A DNA stretch of 57,598 nt from Reclinomonas americana ATCC 50394 (taxonomy: Eukaryota), in the NCBI GenBank assembly GCA_048213135.1, contig PS015068.1:87940-145537 (forward strand), in the 5' to 3' direction. A model generated the notes under the pieces. That model had not been told where the DNA came from, did not search any database, and saw nothing but the letters and a program-made list of their open reading frames with translations. The position numbers and the translations under genes were made by a program. Of this stretch, positions 14,325 to 28,548 are shown in pieces. Position 1 is the stretch's first letter; each line of letters begins with the position of its first letter.

Positions 14325-16252
14325 TTATAAGCACTTGCGGTGCACAATGCTCGGGCCAGACTCCTCGAACTCGGCCTTGGTGATCCACATCGTCTGGAAA
14401 GTGGCCAGCGATGACAGAATCGAGCCACCAATCCACACTGAATACTTGCGATCAGGCGGCGCCATCACCTTGACCTTCATGGCAGCTGGTGCGCGGGCTG
14501 TCAGCTCCTTCTGCATGCGCTCTGACATACCTGTGTCGGGGGAGACAAGGGCAATGAAAAACACAGACAACGAGAGAGAAAAGTGGAAAAACTCGATGGG
14601 GACGCACCGTTGAACATGGTGGTGCCACCAGACAGCACGACGTTGGCGTACAGGTCCTTGCGGATATCGATATCGCAGCGCTGGATCGAGTCGAAGGTCA
14701 TCTGGTCAATGCCCTCCTGCTCCATGCCGTTCATCGACGGCTTGAACAGCACCTCCGGGCAGCGGAAGCGCTCCGAGCCCACAGTGATGATCTGTCCGTC
14801 GGGCATCTCGTACGTCCTCTCGCACGACGACGACTCGCTCGACATCTTCAGCTCGGCATCAAAGTCCAGCGCCACGTACGCCAGCTTCTCTTTGATGTCC
14901 CGGATGAAATCGTGAACAATCGATGATCGAGCAAGTGCGCCTGCGTCTCGGCAACAGCTTTCGGTCAAGATCTGCAGTGGGTGAGCAAGGGGGTGAAGAA
15001 GAGAGCAAGATCGGCATTGATGCGGTGCAAAGCGACCACAACTGGACTACCCGATCGCTACAAGGTCACAGAACGCGAAGCTCACCTTCACCATGAAGCT
15101 GGTTAGATCGCGACCAGCCAGCGGAAATTCTTGAATGGCGTGCGGCAGCGCGTAACCCTCGTAGATCGGCACGCAGCACGTCACACCGTCGCCAGAGTCG
15201 ACCACAATACCGGTGGTGCGGCCAGACGAGTACAGGGACAGCACGGCCTGGATCTGCACGTACATGGCCGGCACGTTGAAGGTCTCGAACATGATGCTGG
15301 TCACTGCGCGGACGACGTGTGTGAGCAAGAGGGAGAGAGAGAACAAGCAGGGAGAGGCGCAACTCTTCTCGCGGTTCTGCTTGCGGTTGAGCGGAGTGTC
15401 AGTGAGCAGCACGGGGTGCTCCTCCGGGGCCACACGCAGCTCTTTGTAGAAAACGTGGTGCCAGATCTTCTCCATGTCGTCCCAGTCGGACACTGTGGCG
15501 ACGATGATCATGATAAGTTGCGGTGCTTGCATGCATTCAACTGACGACGACTCACCAATGCCTCGCCGAAAGGGGCGCGTCACGTTCGGTGGGGTACACT
15601 TAGCCTGGGCCTCGTCGCCCACATAGGTTTCCTTCGCGTTGGTGCCGATCATGAAGCTGACGGGGCTGGGGCTGCATTTGTTCAACAACAATCCGCAGTA
15701 TTGTGAGAATGGCCAATAAAGGAAGGTGTGTCGCGATTGCACAAACTCACCGGCCGACGATGGACGGGAACACAGCGCGGGGAGCATCCTCACCACCGTA
15801 TCCGGCCTATGGGAGAATGAAATCAACCAATATGAGGCCGACTTACACAATCGCTAATTCGAATTCTATCAAAACACTCGTCCGACAACTTCAGTTGCTG
15901 TCTCTCGCCCTCTATATCCACACCACACCACAACTGCAGAGAAACACTTGCCTTCATCATTCCTGTTGACCAACGCCAGTTCACGATGCAATCATCATTC
16001 AAGTCAGTGACCACATCGGTAAAGCGGCGGACAACAAAGAGACACAAACAAGAACAAGTTGTCACCATGCACAAAGAGAAAGGGAGAGATGATGAACACT
16101 TGCGAGATCACAACTATACGCACCAGAGCCATTGTCGACTGCACAAAACAAGATGACATACAAAATGCATTGTTGTCGTCAGAAAACGGGAGTGGCAAGA
16201 AACAGACGACCAGCAGCAGTAACGCACTGACGAGAGCCTGAAGTCCTTCCAT
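14325..16252 (-). CDS. Actin C, mosaic divergent paralog
   Basis: [36 protein letters not shown]...[16 protein letters not shown]...[10 protein letters not shown]...SIVHRKCL*. The spliced frame is open. Confidence 0.9.
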
Positions 16253-16509
16253 GGCGAACGTTCGTAAGGCGAGCGCAGTTACAACTCCACAAACAGCGAG
16301 CGACAGCCAAAACAGAACAGGCAGACAGGACAGCACCAACGACAGCGACGGTCTGTGCGCAAAACACGACTCTCAAAAATAAAACAGCTCGACAACAAAC
16401 GGCAAAACACGACAGACAACACCGGTACCTCCCTCGACTGACAGCATTCGTTCCCACCACATTCTATTAATGTCTCTCGACGCTGTACTACTCCTTCACG
16501 CCCCACGCC

Positions 16510-17034
16510 TCATCTGGCCACATCCGCATGCCGCAGATTGGTCGACACCAACACACTCATATTGACATAGTCGTGCAGCAGCGGGTTGTAACCGGAGCGT
16601 GTCTGCGTCGCTTGCACGTCGGCATACTCGCGCATGAAATCCGACTGCGGCATGATCAGAGTGCTGCACGTAGCGTTACCGCCCCCCTCAGCATCGTCGT
16701 CAACGTCGGCGCCCAGCGCCAGCGTGTCGCCCAGCAGCGACATGTCGGTGGGGAACATGACATCGCACGCCTCCGTCTGCAGCACAGAGTGCAGCACTTG
16801 CGTGACGCCATTCGACTTGCGCTGCATCACCGGTCCATTCGCTCCCGGCAGCGCACCCGTGAATTTCGTAAAGTCCACCGCCACAAACTTCCGTCGTGAC
16901 GCCACTCGCGTCAGATTGCGCAGCACTGCAAAGGCCTGCGTGGGAGCGTACACCACATCGCTGCCGGAGACCAACGTATCGAACCAGCGCTTGAGGTTGC
17001 GGAGCGCAGCTGCAGTGGTCGACAGCCGTCGCAT
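16510..17034 (-). CDS. Mini-NDUFAF7 copy 1 (174 aa open ORF lacking the SAM-binding region; possibly a pseudogene)
   Basis: MRRLSTTAAA, similar to the N-terminus at 22776, is joined in frame to LRNLKRWFD...SGYNPLLHDYVNMSVLVSTNLRHADVAR*. Confidence 0.6.
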   Translation of the reverse strand: MRRLSTTAAALRNLKRWFDTLVSGSDVVYAPTQAFAVLRNLTRVASRRKFVAVDFTKFTGALPGANGPVMQRKSNGVTQVLHSVLQTEACDVMFPTDMSLLGDTLALGADVDDDAEGGGNATCSTLIMPQSDFMREYADVQATQTRSGYNPLLHDYVNMSVLVSTNLRHADVAR

Positions 17035-17166
17035 CCACACGCCAGCGACAAAAGCAAGAGTCCTCAGCGATGTATGGAAATGGCTGATTGCGCTTCCCCC
17101 TCTCCGCCCGCGCAGGTGAGATGAGAATGCGGCACGCGCAGGCACCCACTATGCACATGGATCAAC

Positions 17167-17814
17167 TCCGCTCACGGTTCTCCGGTGCATTGAGAGCGGC
17201 ATCGGTGAGCAGCACCGCATGTTCCTCTGGCGCGACGCGCAGCTCGTTGTAGAAGACAAAGTTCCAGATGCGCTCCATGTCATCCCAGTTCGTCACTGCG
17301 CCGTCGACGACCGTCAAGTCAGCAGTCAGTCACGGTGAGCACAAGCAAAGCACTTGAGCGCACCGAGGCCACGGTCGATGGGCTGTGAGAGACTCGATAG
17401 CCTTGAGGTGGTCAATGCCTCAGAGCCCACCACAGGTCCGGGACTGTGTGTGCGACCATCGTTGACGCAACCACAAGAATGTGCCTGCCAGGAGACCACT
17501 CACCTGCCGACCAGCATTCGGAACACGGCACGTGGACTGTCATCGCCTGCAAAGCCGGCCTGCAATCACACGCATTGTGAGCGTTGCAGAGTGGGATGGA
17601 GACAAGTCGCCTATGTACCTTGCACATGTCTGCACGGGCAGATGGGGAGGATTGGTGAGGCGAAGAGAACGTGGTGTGAGAGAGAGAGGGGAGGTATCGC
17701 AACGTGATCCATTGTCGACTGCAGAATTTGAAGGAGGAGGATGGAGAATGGCACGCAGAGCAGAGCATCACTGTGTGGGAGTGCGCAACTCACGACGGGA
17801 ACCACTTCGCCCAT
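17167..17814 (-). pseudogene. 5' half of the actin-like gene, truncated
   Basis: Near copy of 9673-10342 (MGEVVPVVIDNGSHMCK...ENRER). Homology ends inside the following intron, at the same point as in the 13579 copy. Confidence 0.82.
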
Positions 17815-17960
17815 CTGAGCACTGTGTGAGGGGACTCACTGAAGGACCACTACACGAGCTCGGAAGAAGTGACGAAGCAGCGAGAGGGCGGGGACAACTT
17901 TCATGCATTCATGAATTCACTTCGAAGGTACGTACAACAACAGCCAACGTTGCAATGCAC

Positions 17961-20207
<2,247 letters not shown>

Positions 20208-20907
20208 GGCGAATGTTCGTAAGGCTAGCGCAGTTACAACTCCACGAGAGGCGAGCGAATGTCAGAATAGAACAAGAACAGACAGACAGGACAGCAAACG
20301 ATCGAGCTCGTTGTCTGCGCGCACAACACGACTCTCAAACAAACACGAACGGCGACGGAAACACGACAGACAACACTCCTCCCTCATGACAGGATTCGTT
20401 CCCACCACGCACACATATCAATATCTCTCGACGCTGTACTATTTCTTNNNNNNNNNNNNNNNNNNNNNNNNNNNNNNNNNNNNNNNNNNNNNNNNNNNNN
20501 NNNNNNNNNNNNNNNNNNNNNNNNNNNNNNNNNNNNNNNNNNNNNNNNNNNNNNNNNNNNNNNNNNNNNNNNNNNNNNNNNNNNNNNNNNNNNNNNNNNN
20601 NNNNNNNNNNNNNNNNNNNNNNNNNNNNNNNNNNNNNNNNNNNNNNNNNNNNNNNNNNNNNNNNNNNNNNNNNNNNNNNNNNNNNNNNNNNNNNNNNNNN
20701 NNNNNNNNNNNNNNNNNNNNNNNNNNNNNNNNNNNNNNNNNNNNNNNNNNNNNNNNNNNNNNNNNNNNNNNNNNNNNNNNNNNNNNNNNNNNNNNNNNNN
20801 NNNNNNNNNNNNNNNNNNNNNNNNNNNNNNNNNNNNNNNNNNNNNNNNNNNNNNNNNNNNNNNNNNNNNNNNNNNNNNNNNNNNNNNNNNNNNNNNNNNN
20901 NNNNNNN

Positions 20908-21971
20908 GCGGCCTCGCGACACTCGACGCGCACCATTGCGTCCGAACAGATGCGAATCGTCGAGGTCGGACCCGGCAACGGCACGGCCGCGCGCAACATT
21001 CTTGACTTTCTCCAGCGACAGCACCCTGAGCTGTATGCTCGCACGCGGTACACACTGCTGGAGATCAGGTGCGCCAGGTGGATTCCCTGTCTCGTGTGCA
21101 AGCTGCTCATTGAGCGTGTGTGGCCAGTGCTCCGTTGCATGCGCATCAGGTCAACGTGCTGAGACCGCACATTGCCAGTGGCGTGGTTGAATGTGTGCAC
21201 ACGGATGCGGCGAGCTTTGTGCCGCCGCCGTCGTGGTTCGAGTCGCCGGCGACGCACACGTACTTTTTGCTGCTGGAGGTGCTGGACAACTTGCCGCACG
21301 ATCGACTGGTGCTACGCGATCGTGGTCAGACGGTGTTGCAGACGTTGGTGGCCTCCGCAGGTGGAGTCGGCGTCAACAACACGCTGCGTGAGATCACGCA
21401 GCCGTGCTCGGACCCGCTGATACTCGAGTGGCTCGAGTGTGTGGGCCACTCGTATGTGCAGCAGCAACATGCACATCGCAACCTCAAGCGCTGGTTCGAT
21501 ACGCTGGTCTCCGGCAGCGATGTGGTGTACGCTCCCACGCACGCCTTTGCGGTGCTGCGCAATCTGACGCGACTGGCGTCACGACGGACGTTTGTGGCGG
21601 TGGACTTTACGAAATTCACGGGTGCGCTGCCGGGAGCGAATGGACCGGTGATGCAGCGCAAGTCGAATGGTGTCACGCAAGTGCTGCACTCTGTGCTGCA
21701 GACGGAGGCGTGCGATGTCATGTTCCCCACCGACATGTCGCTGCTGGGCGACACGCTGGCGCGACTGGGCGCCGACGTTGACGACGATGCTGAGGGGGGC
21801 GGTAACGCTACGTGCAGCACTCTGATCATGCCGCAGTCGGATTTCATGCGCGAGTATGCCGACGTGCAAGCGACGCAGACGCGCTCCGGTTACAACCCGC
21901 TGCTGCACGACTATGTCAATATGAGTGTGTTGGTGTCGACCAATCTGCGGCATGCGGATGTGGCCAGATGA
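20908..21971 (+). CDS. NDUFAF7: NDUFAF7/MidA-family SAM-dependent arginine methyltransferase, middle and 3' part (contig probably inverted)
   Basis: Motifs IVEVGPGNGT, YTLLEIS, LLEVLDNLPHD, CDVMFPTD and TRSGYNPL. Confidence 0.85.
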
Positions 21972-22381
21972 GGCGTGGGGCGTGNNNNNNNNNNNNNNNN
22001 NNNNNNNNNNNNNNNNNNNNNNNNNNNNNNNNNNNNNNNNNNNNNNNNNNNNNNNNNNNNNNNNNNNNNNNNNNNNNNNNNNNNNNNNNNNNNNNNNNNN
22101 NNNNNNNNNNNNNNNNNNNNNNNNNNNNNNNNNNNNNNNNNNNNNNNNNNNNNNNNNNNNNNNNNNNNNNNNNNNNNNNNNNNNNNNNNNNNNNNNNNNN
22201 NNNNNNNNNNNNNNNNNNNNNNNNNNNNNNNNNNNNNNNNNNNNNNNNNNNNNNNNNNNNNNNNNNNNNNNNNNNNNNNNNNNNNNNNNNNNNNNNNNNN
22301 NNNNNNNNNNNNNNNNNNNNNNNNNNNNNNNNNNNNNNNNNNNNNNNNNNNNNNNNNNNNNNNNNNNNNNNNNNNNNNNNN

Positions 22382-22776
22382 GGAAAAGTCGGTCACCAAA
22401 AAGCGCGCCAATGCCTCTCCATACACGGGCTGGAAGAGCTCCGCCGGTGTCAACCACGCCGCATCACTCTGCGCGTACAGCTCGCGCAAGGCATCCGTGT
22501 ACGCCGCCTGCGACTCAAACGAGTGGAACGGCAGCGCGGAGGCTGGAGAGTGGATCTTGGGTCGCTGTGTCTCCTGAAAGTAGCCGCGATCGCGCTGGTA
22601 CAACAGGTTGTGGAGGTAGTCGCGGAACAGAGTGACTGCTGTGCAGCAGTGAGTGACTCAGAAACGAGAAGGGAGCAGTAGAGTGGTGCGCGACTTTGTG
22701 CGGGTGCGGCAGCAGTGTGGCGACTTGATCCGACTGCTGCAGCTGCAGTGGTCGACAGCAGACGTCGCCTCCACAT
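22382..22776 (-). CDS. NDUFAF7: NDUFAF7/MidA 5' part with a mitochondrial presequence-like N-terminus
   Basis: MWRRRLLSTTAAA, one intron, then LFRDYLHNLLYQRDRGYF...WLTPAELFQPVYGEALA, typical of the MidA family N-terminus. Confidence 0.85.
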
Positions 22777-22881
22777 GACTGGCGACGGACCAAAATAGGC
22801 TGTCCTCGCATGACGACCGCGACGTTTGTTTTCAACGAAGGGGAGTTGTCCACACGCTCACACACTGCGAGAGACACAAGC

Positions 22882-23403
22882 ATGGCAGACCTGCGAAAGA
22901 TCAAGATCAAGTCGGCGGCGTTGAAGCGGTGAGTGAGCGCGTGTGTAAAGGGGTTTTCGCGCGCTCTCTCTGTGCCTGAGCAGCAGTTGCGCATTCTACC
23001 ACGCAGCACATTCCGCGAGCTGAGCATGTACCAGACGGAGCTTGATCAGGAGCGAGCTCGTGAGCGCAAGATGCGTGACGATGGGGAGGACGCGTCGCGG
23101 ATCAAACAGCAGGAGAAGGTGGTGGAGGAGAGCAACGCCATGATTGCCAACACGCGGGAGCGCATGGATGCGGCCTATGCAGAGGTCAGTGGACTTATGC
23201 AGGCGGTGGCGGAGGATGATCAGAGCATTCGGGGAACGGAGGATTGGGCGGCGGCGCAGGAGATTGTGAGTCAGGTGGCGCGCTTTTATGCAGTGGAGCG
23301 GGGTGAGGATCCCGATGCTGCTGCTGCTGCCTCTGCTGCTGCTGCAGGCGATGCCTCTGGTGCCTCGGGCAGTGGTGCAGCCGATGTGGACTGCCACGAC
23401 TGA
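22882..23403 (+). CDS. TBCA: Tubulin-folding cofactor A (2 exons)
   Basis: MADLRKIKIKSAALKR|TFRELSMYQTE...DASRIKQQEKVVEESNAMIANTRERM, the TBCA pattern. Confidence 0.9.
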
Positions 23404-23503
23404 GCTGCGGTGGGTCGTCGAGGGCGAGGAAAGCGAGAGAGAGAGAGACATTGCTGCGCCAGTGAACGAACCAGCATGTCTCTCGCTCTCTGTGGTCTCT
23501 CAC

Positions 23504-26500
23504 TTAGCCGCGAAAGCCTGCACCCGTGGTCGAGGTGGCGAGGGTGACGAGTGCGCTTGCCGTGTCGCCAGAGAGCGTGCCGCGTGCACTCGCGCCCACC
23601 ACGGGCATGGAGGCGGTGTGTTGGTGCATGTTGGCGACACGGCGAGGCACTCGTTCAGCAGGCGCCGACCGTCGATCGCCTGCGGGTCCATCCGACGCCA
23701 CCACCGACAGTGGCAAGTGGCCTGACATGAGATCGGCGAGTCGCTCCATGGCCGACTGCACGACCAGAGACGATTGCGACTCTGATAGTGCGTGTGAGTG
23801 AGTGAGCGAGAGAGATAAGTGGGGGGAGTGGGCGCAACTCGAGGACACTTGTCGATCGCGACAGTGCATCCAGCCTCTGCTCCTCCACGTGGTCTGCGTC
23901 GCCGATGTCATGGGGAGAGGTGTGCCGCCGTCGCTGTCCGCGTCGCTGCATGCACAGTGGGTTGAGAAGCTGAGCATGGAGGCACAAGAAGGTGCACGTA
24001 CCCCGTGAAGGACTCGTACAGTTCGGTGTGGAGCATCAACAGCGGCACCGACGCCTCTGCTACGACGCTCTGGTGCGCCGGGCAGTGCACGAATGTGTGC
24101 ATGAGACACTCGGCGCCGGCAAACACGTGAGCCTCAAAGACTCGCTGCCGTCCTCACATTCAGATCAACCCTCTGGCAGGCAAACTTGCAGCGACGACGC
24201 AACGTGTTTCATGCACTCGACGAGCACACTCGACATCAACAGGGGGCCACGACTCTCCGCAAAGTATGTCGCCAGTCGCGGACACTGACAGGCCACGCAA
24301 AAGAAGCGCAGCACGTAGAAGAGATTGGCGGCCGACGGCGGATCGACCAGCATGTGGAGCACGCGCTTGACGGTGACCACGTCGACGAGTCGCGCGCCCA
24401 TGTTGGTGTCCACAATGCACGTCAGCAGCTGCAAGTTGAGTCGGTAGAGGCGGTGATTGGCGGAGGTGAATATCCAGTTCTCCGTAATCACGTCCATGGC
24501 CCCGCTGACAAGCTGCGGCGGCGTCGACGGTGTCAGAGAGACATAGAACCTCAGATGGCGGGGGAGAGAGAGGCGACACATACCAGGCGTAGCAAGTGCG
24601 CAGGGCGCTGTTGGCTTTCGTGCAAGGCAGCCGCCATTGCACGAACACGAATCGGCAGCGACGGACTGCACAATTCACGCATGGTCGGCTCGACTTCGGC
24701 GGCAATGGATCGCGCCTCGCCTGCGGAAAGTGTGTGAGCAAAGAGAATCGAATGGCAACTCACAAGGTCGGGGGCCGCGCACCACCCNNNNNNNNNNNNN
24801 NNNNNNNNNNNNNNNNNNNNNNNNNNNNNNNNNNNNNNNNNNNNNNNNNNNNNNNNNNNNNNNNNNNNNNNNNNNNNNNNNNNNNNNNNNNNNNNNNNNN
24901 NNNNNNNNNNNNNNNNNNNNNNNNNNNNNNNNNNNNNNNNNNNNNNNNNNNCGAGCCTCACTACCGTTCGATGTACCGTTTGACGAGCCGGGCGTCGTGG
25001 AGACGCTAACATCGTTGCTGGTCGGTCGATTTTGTGAAGACGTGCTGACGCTGCGCCGGATCGCCACCGCGCTGGTCAACATTTATCAAGTTGCTTCCCT
25101 TTCCCTTCTTTGCGCACACATCTCTCTCTCTCCCTCCCTCACGATTTGTCTGCAGTTTTGTCCCGACACTCCACTGCCGTCGCCCGAGGCGCTGCAGCTC
25201 GCCACTGACGACACGGGCGACATTTTGCCTCTGTCCGTCGAGGTGATCGACGAGGACGCGGTGCTGCGTGGCCATCTTTCACGCACCGTGGCCACACTGC
25301 TGACGTCGCAACGTGATCCGCGCTTCGCCGATGCCATTCTGCAACTCATCGATGCGTGGCATTTGGAGGTGCCNNNNNNNNNNNNNNNNNNNNNNNNNNN
25401 NNNNNNNNNNNNNNNNNNNNNNNNNNNNNNNNNNNNNNNNNNNNNNNNNNNNNNNNNNNNNNNNNNNNNNNNNNNNNNNNNNNNNNNNNNNNNNNNNNNN
25501 NNNNNNNNNNNNNNNNNNNNNNNNNNNNNNNNNNNNNNNNNNNNNNNNNNNNNNNNNNNNNNNNNNNNNNNNNNNNNNNNNNNNNNNNNNNNNNNNNNNN
25601 NNNNNNNNNNNNNNNNNNNNNNNNNNNNNNNNNNNNNNNNNNNNNNNNNNNNNNNNNNNNNNNNNNNNNNNNNNNNNNNNNNNNNNNNNNNNNNNNNNNN
25701 NNNNNNNNNNNNNNNNNNNNNNNNNNNNNNNNNNNNNNNNNNNNNNNNNNNNNNNNNNNNNNNNNNNNNNNNNNNNNNNNNNNNNNNNNNNNNNNNNNNN
25801 NNNNNNNNNNNNNNNNNNNNNNNNNNNNNNNNNNNNNNNNNNNNTAGGTCTGGCAGCGAGTCGCGCCACGACGGCACGGGTGAGGGCGACGGTGTGGGGG
25901 GCGGCGGTGCCAGCATGGAGCGCACGCCGAGGTACGACGAACTCATCTTGTGCACACACAGAGCTGGTGTGTCGACGACGAGTGAGCAAGGTAGGTGCGT
26001 CAGCAGCTTTGAAAACAAACACACACACATACCTGCCGCCTGCACGACGTTGAGGTGCCGCACGTCACGCAACAGACACAAAATCATGGGTATTCTGAGC
26101 GATGTCAGCAGGCCGAACTGGCCGCGCACAGAAAGTGCCATTTGTGCCAGCGACTCGACAGCGTACTTGCGCACTTGCGAGGAGCGGTCCGTGAGGTGGC
26201 CGGCAATGATCTCAACTCCGTCGGCCTCACACGCCTCGTCAATGGCGCCGAGAGTGCCGAGCGAGTGTGCCAGGTCGTAGAAGCGCCGGCCCTTGTCCAG
26301 CGGACTGATCGACTCGGCCTGCAGCGCGCCGAGAATGGCACCCGGCGACACCACTGTCGTCGCCGAACCACCGTCTTGCCGCTCCTGCTCCGCCACGCGA
26401 AACGCGGCAAATCGCGGCGACTCGAGCAACTTGGTGAACAGACGCCGGCGAGCTCGCGAACCCTCGCCTCTGGCCAGCTTGTTCAGAAAGCGCCTCGTGT

Positions 26501-28066
26501 ACTCCTCAAACTCGTGTCGCACCCTGCGGTGCCGTGGCGGTGGTGAGCGGGTGGTCACACACATGCAAGTGAATGAGAAGTTTGCGCACCACTTCTCGCC
26601 ACGCAAGTCCTCGATACCGGCCAGCACATTGCGCACAAACGTGCGGTCCTTGCCGCTCACGCTCAACACCACAGGCCCGCCACCCACGCCGCCCTTGTCG
26701 GAGAGTACCACGCGCTCCTCGCGCAGCAGGCCACACACGTGGAACCACTCGGTGCGCACTTCGAAGAGCGGATTGGTTGAGCCGCACAGGCAACTGCAAA
26801 CAAAGAAGGTTGGACGCAGCTGCGGCACAGCGATGGGCGTGACAAACACACACGACGAGAATCAAACCTGGGCATGATCAAGAACTCGTCCAGATACGTC
26901 AGCGGCACGTACGGCAGCATGATCTCAAGAAAGCCGGTGAGCGGGGCGGCCAGCAGCGGCAGCGCCGAACACAAATGACACACGTCGCCGGCTGGCTGAC
27001 CGACCAACACGACACGCAAGCCCAACAGCACGCCGTACCACAGCAACATGGTGTCCTCCTTGAACGTGCACACGAGACGACTCAGACTCGCCCCCGTCCA
27101 CCTCGTCGTGTCGGCCGAATGATGCAACTCGAGAGAGTGACCCCACTGCGCACGCTCGGGTGAGCAACGCCGCGAACAACACAAACTACAAATATCACAC
27201 ACACCAGCTGCAACTGATGCGAGTGCATCACCGACGACGAGAGCGCCAAGTACAACTGTGCCAGCACCGTCTCACCGGTCGCTGCTCGGAAAAAATCAAC
27301 AACAACAACACCATCCACACAGGAGCACATAGTGCACATTGACAAACCGCCCTCCTCCGGATGCTGCAGCGCATGCAAGTACTCGTCCACTGCCCACTCC
27401 AGCACCTGCTCAAAGGTCCCATTGTCTGGCAACGTGCTAATCACAATCACCGCCGCCTGTCGCGCTCCTCGCTGCGCATGCACGTGGGAAAACAAGACAT
27501 AGAGAGAGGCCTACATATGATGAAAAAAAGAAGAAGGCGAACCCTCGTCGACGCATCGTCCACTCGCTTGTACACAGCAACTCCAAACAGTGTCTCCATG
27601 CCCGCAGTCACAAATGTCATAAGAGTCTTGTCACGCTCAAAGTGATGCGCGCCCTCTGAGTCGCCACCATTTGAGCACACACACACAGAGAGAGAGACAA
27701 CAAGCAGCATAAAGAGAGAGAGAGACCTGGGAGACTGAGGTCGGCCAGCATTTGTTTGGAACATGGCATGAGATCGGCATCAATGTGCAACTGCCAGAAG
27801 AGCTCACTGGTCAGCGATGCGCGCAGAGTCCGTCGATCCGCACTCGGAGAGGGAGAGGGAGAGGCGGATGGAGACGAGGAGGAGGTGTTGGTGTCGGGCC
27901 ACTGCACGTGCGCAGGGTACGAGCATGACAGGCGATTGCCAATGTCAATGTCGAAATCTGTGTGAGAGAGTGAGTGTGTGTGAGAGAGAGAAGGGGGAGT
28001 GGAGAGTGGGAAGGGAGGGAGGTGCGTCTCACCGGCAATGTGCACCGAGCGCACAACGCGATCCAT
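23504..28066 (-). CDS. MesA/Afi1-like DENN-family protein with a long helical (ARM/HEAT-like) C-terminus; multi-exon and gapped
   Basis: VHIADFDIDIGNRLSCSYP...LADLSLP-GAHH (Afi1 N-domain-like), RGARQAAV, then LLGLRVVLVGQPAGDV...PYVPLTYLDEFL...CGSTNPLFEVRTEWF (SPA/cDENN-like). The 3' end was spliced by hand and is less certain. Confidence 0.7.
24952..25373 (+). other. Two coding exons on a gap-flanked contig, probably an inverted piece of the DENN gene
   Basis: Helical peptide PGVVETLTSLLVGRF...VNIYQ|FCPDTP, with a GT-AG intron on the + strand inside a minus-strand gene. Confidence 0.6.
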
Positions 28067-28548
28067 CTTGCTTTACTTTGACAACAGAATGCAAAACTGG
28101 GACGCGCAGGACGGTTTCGTTTTTCCGCGACTTCTCGTCGTTTTCTCCTTCACGTGGACGACCTGTGGGTGTAGGAGTACGACTAGTAGCAAAGGTCGTA
28201 CCCAGTGCACGATTGTCGAATCGATTTCCGCAGCTTCAGCTTCTGCCTTCACGGGAAGAAGTCAAAGTCAAAGGCAATGCATATGCAAAAGGTGGAGGGC
28301 AATGAGCCATGAGAAGAGGTCAAGGATCACGGGTGTGAAGCACTCCGCCGCTCAGCGTATGACACCAAGGCAAATATGAACGCTAAGAAACCCACTTCCC
28401 ATCCGCCCCCTCCCTCCGCCCTCCACAGATCCATGACCGGATTGCCAATTGTTTTTTACGCGAACACACACATACTAGTAACTCAAGAGGTGTCAAAAAA
28501 AGCGAAAGGAGAAGAGGAGAACTTAAACAACTCAACGCGTCGCGCAAG

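Noticed and set aside
17035-17167. Spliced actin-like::NDUFAF7 fusion protein
   Set aside because: The donor is degraded (GTTGAT). The only in-frame acceptor I found is a GAG, and the CAG acceptor leads to a stop.
20908-22776. Trans-splicing or programmed inversion of NDUFAF7
   Set aside because: The opposite-strand half is a gap-flanked contig whose flipped end matches the known downstream flank, so mis-orientation is the simpler explanation.
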